Below, piece by piece: positions 61,951 through 64,000 of a DNA stretch of 64,000 nt. The stretch covers positions 148,206 to 212,205 of the forward strand of contig CAWHHI010000009.1 in the NCBI GenBank assembly GCA_963829055.1, read 5' to 3'. Source of the stretch: an uncultured Gemmatimonadaceae bacterium. GTDB lineage: Bacteria; Gemmatimonadota; Gemmatimonadetes; Gemmatimonadales; Gemmatimonadaceae. Numbering within the stretch: position 1 is the first letter of the stretch; each line of letters begins with the position of its first letter. The translations under genes were made by a program, and so were the position numbers. The notes beneath the pieces were generated by a model. That model saw only the letters and a program-made list of their open reading frames with translations, searched no databases and had not been told where the DNA came from.

Positions 61951-62044
61951 GCCTAACGGCCGAGTAAACCTGCGAGCGAATCCAACGAGAGCGAGCGAAA
62001 CGAGCAATGCTCAGGTTGCTCGACAGGTTCAGCGATCGTTAGGC
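61951..62044 (-). mobile_element. Integron attC recombination site (94 bp)
   Basis: Minus strand R'' GCCTAAC, arm CTGAACCTG-T-CGAGC pairing with GCTCG-CAGGTT (one unpaired base), R' GTTAGGC. Confidence 0.8.
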
Positions 62045-62091
62045 AGCCTGCGGGATAGAGTCCGGGCACGTGCCTTGGCTCACCGCGCGAG

Positions 62092-62739
62092 TCACGGACG
62101 CCTGGTCAACGTGACATGCGTTGCCGCGGCGGTCGGCACATGGGTGGTGCACTCATAGCCCAGGGCCGTGAGATCGAGACCGTACAAGAGATGCTCGCCG
62201 GACCCGAGCAGCCGTGGCGCTATCGCCAGGTGCAACTCGTCGATGAGCCCCGCTTCGAGGTACTGGCGGATCGTCGCCACGCCGCCGCCGATCTGCACGT
62301 CCTTTCCCTCCGCTGCCTCCGTCGCTCGTTCCAGCGCCTCGCGGGGACCGCCCGTGACAAAGTGGAACACCGTGCCGCCTTCCATCTGGATCGGCGGGCG
62401 GGCGTGATGCGTCAACACGAACACCGGGCCGTGGTACGGCGGGTTCTTCCCCCACCAGCCACGCCAGGCGTCATCGGGCCAGGGACCACGAATCGGGCCG
62501 AACATGTTGCGCCCCATGATCCACGCGCCGACGCCCTGCCCAGAACGCGCCGCGATATCGTCATCGACGCCGGTGGTGCCGCCGGTCTTTCCAGTGATGC
62601 GCTGGAACGCGCGGGTCGGGATGAACCAGTCGTGCAGCGCTTCGCCACCGACGCCGAGGGGCACCTCGCGAGTCTGGAGCGGGCCGGCGCCGTAGCCGTC
62701 GAGCGAGATCGTAAAGTTGTGCACGCGTACACGAGTCAT
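62092..62739 (-). CDS. Dihydrofolate reductase-like (RibD C-terminal) protein
   Basis: 'FTISLDGYGAG', 'IMGRNMFGP', 'PVFVLTHH', 'IGGGVATIRQYLEAGLIDEL'. Confidence 0.9.
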   Translation of the reverse strand: MTRVRVHNFTISLDGYGAGPLQTREVPLGVGGEALHDWFIPTRAFQRITGKTGGTTGVDDDIAARSGQGVGAWIMGRNMFGPIRGPWPDDAWRGWWGKNPPYHGPVFVLTHHARPPIQMEGGTVFHFVTGGPREALERATEAAEGKDVQIGGGVATIRQYLEAGLIDELHLAIAPRLLGSGEHLLYGLDLTALGYECTTHVPTAAATHVTLTRRP

Positions 62740-63039
62740 TGTCTGCTCCAGCCGAGGATGGCGATCCGGAAAACTGCGGCTTCTACGCTCACGACGAATG
62801 AGAGGGAAGGAAATCGACAGCGCGTCCTTGCTGCGGAGGCTGCCCATGGTGCCGAGGAGCCGCCGAGCATAACACACGCGGCGTCTGGCCGCTCCTCCTT
62901 GGTGATCGATCCTCCGGCATGCCTGAGTTGACGAAGAGGTGGTTCGCCCGCTCACTGGTCCGAAGGCGAGCTGACGGTGGGTCGCCACCTAGATTCCAAT
63001 CGACGTGATCGAGAACCTCCGACCCGGCGAGCCATCCCA

Positions 63040-63958
63040 ATGAAAGCATCGGCCGTCACGACAGCGTTCCTGCTGGCCCTTTCCGCGACCGGCGCGAACG
63101 GACAGCAGCTCCAGACCCGCCCGGTCCCGACCGGCGACGTTCAGTCGTTTACGTTCCAGTCGCCGTCGATGGGCGTGCGTTTTTCCCTCAATGTCGGGAT
63201 GCCGTCGGGCTACAAGCCGGGGGACGGGAAGAAGTATCCCGCCCTGATCGTCACCGATGGCGACTTCACGTTCCCGGGCGTGAACGCGGCCGCGCGGAGC
63301 CTGAGCGGCGCGATCACGCCGCTGTTCATCATCAGCGTCGGCACGTCGATCGACGAGGGGGAGGGGGAGCACACCAGGCGGCGGATCTACGAGTTCTCCC
63401 CCCCCCGGCTGGGATCGAAAGGATCCGTTTGGCCAGGCGGTGGAGAATTACTGCCGGATGTTCAAGTCGGAGGAAGGGCGTTGCAGCGGAGGAGCCGGGA
63501 AGTTCCTCACGGCGATCGTCTCCGAGATGGTCCCGCAGCTCGCCGCACGGTTCCCGATCGACACCGCCCAGCTCGGCCTCTTCGGACTGTCGGCCGGCGG
63601 ATTCTTCGCCTCCTGGGCCATCTTCCAGCCGAACTCGCCGTTCAAGAAATATCTCATCTCGAGTCCCGCGATGGCATACGGTCGTGGTGAGATCTTCCGG
63701 CAGGAGGCGCGTTACGCGGAGAGTCACAAGGACCTTCCGGTCGGGATCTACCTCGGCGCAGGTGTCCTCGAAGCGGCGGATCCGGAGCTGGAAGGAATGG
63801 GCGAGATCGTGAGCGGGATGTCGCACTTCGCCGGCGTCCTCGCGACCCGGAAGTACCCGGGCCTCAAGGTGACGATCGAGTACCACCCGGGGATGGGACA
63901 TACCGACGTGATGGGCACGTCGGTGGTCCGGGGACTCCGAACCCTCTACGGGAAATAA
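63040..63958 (+). CDS. Secreted alpha/beta-hydrolase esterase (IroE/BesA-like); frameshift in a C9 tract
   Basis: Signal peptide; 'YPALIVTDG', 'GLSAGG', 'YLISSP'; C-run at 63398-63406. Confidence 0.82.
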
Positions 63959-64000
63959 CGGCTCCGCGATCAACGCAGCCGCCGTCATCAGGGGTGGCCA

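Noticed and set aside
48..62044. GTTAGGC as a Chi/KOPS-type polar site or a telomere-like TTAGGC repeat
   Set aside because: It occurs abundantly on both strands (~37:24) and never in tandem arrays, so there is no strong polarity or telomeric structure in this window.
62092..62739. dfr trimethoprim-resistance cassette
   Set aside because: The sequence fits the RibD-C/DHFR-like family rather than DfrA/DfrB; no resistance claim is supportable.
63398..63406. C9 tract as a phase-variation switch in the esterase
   Set aside because: With indels throughout the window, a homopolymer sequencing error is the simpler explanation.

Overview
GC-rich (~68-69% by eye) bacterial chromosomal window. Gene content points to Gemmatimonadota (Gemmatirosa/Gemmatimonas-like; inference): several Ser/Thr kinase-TPR/TolB fusions, PadR + ADOP duplicated permeases, a SARP/BTAD regulator, SusD, and CSLREA lipoproteins. 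It is an accessory, signalling-rich region; I saw no rRNA, tRNA, CRISPR array, transposase or integrase. Many genes carry single-base frameshifts, most likely long-read indel errors. Main observations: (1) the heptamer GTTAGGC/GCCTAAC (usually CGTTAGGC) occurs about once per kb on both strands, is forced into genes through rare codons, and is identical to the integron attC core; (2) a full attC site and a truncated one flank a small gene cassette at ~61.5-62.0 kb; (3) an ECF sigma / ZAS anti-sigma / lipoprotein TPR-CHAT caspase-like protease / lipoprotein module shares one promoter motif; (4) an ECF-kinase module sits beside two CSLREA lipoproteins with a conserved promoter; (5) there is a patchwork of short gene heads and tails from paralogous genes, read as recombination scars.
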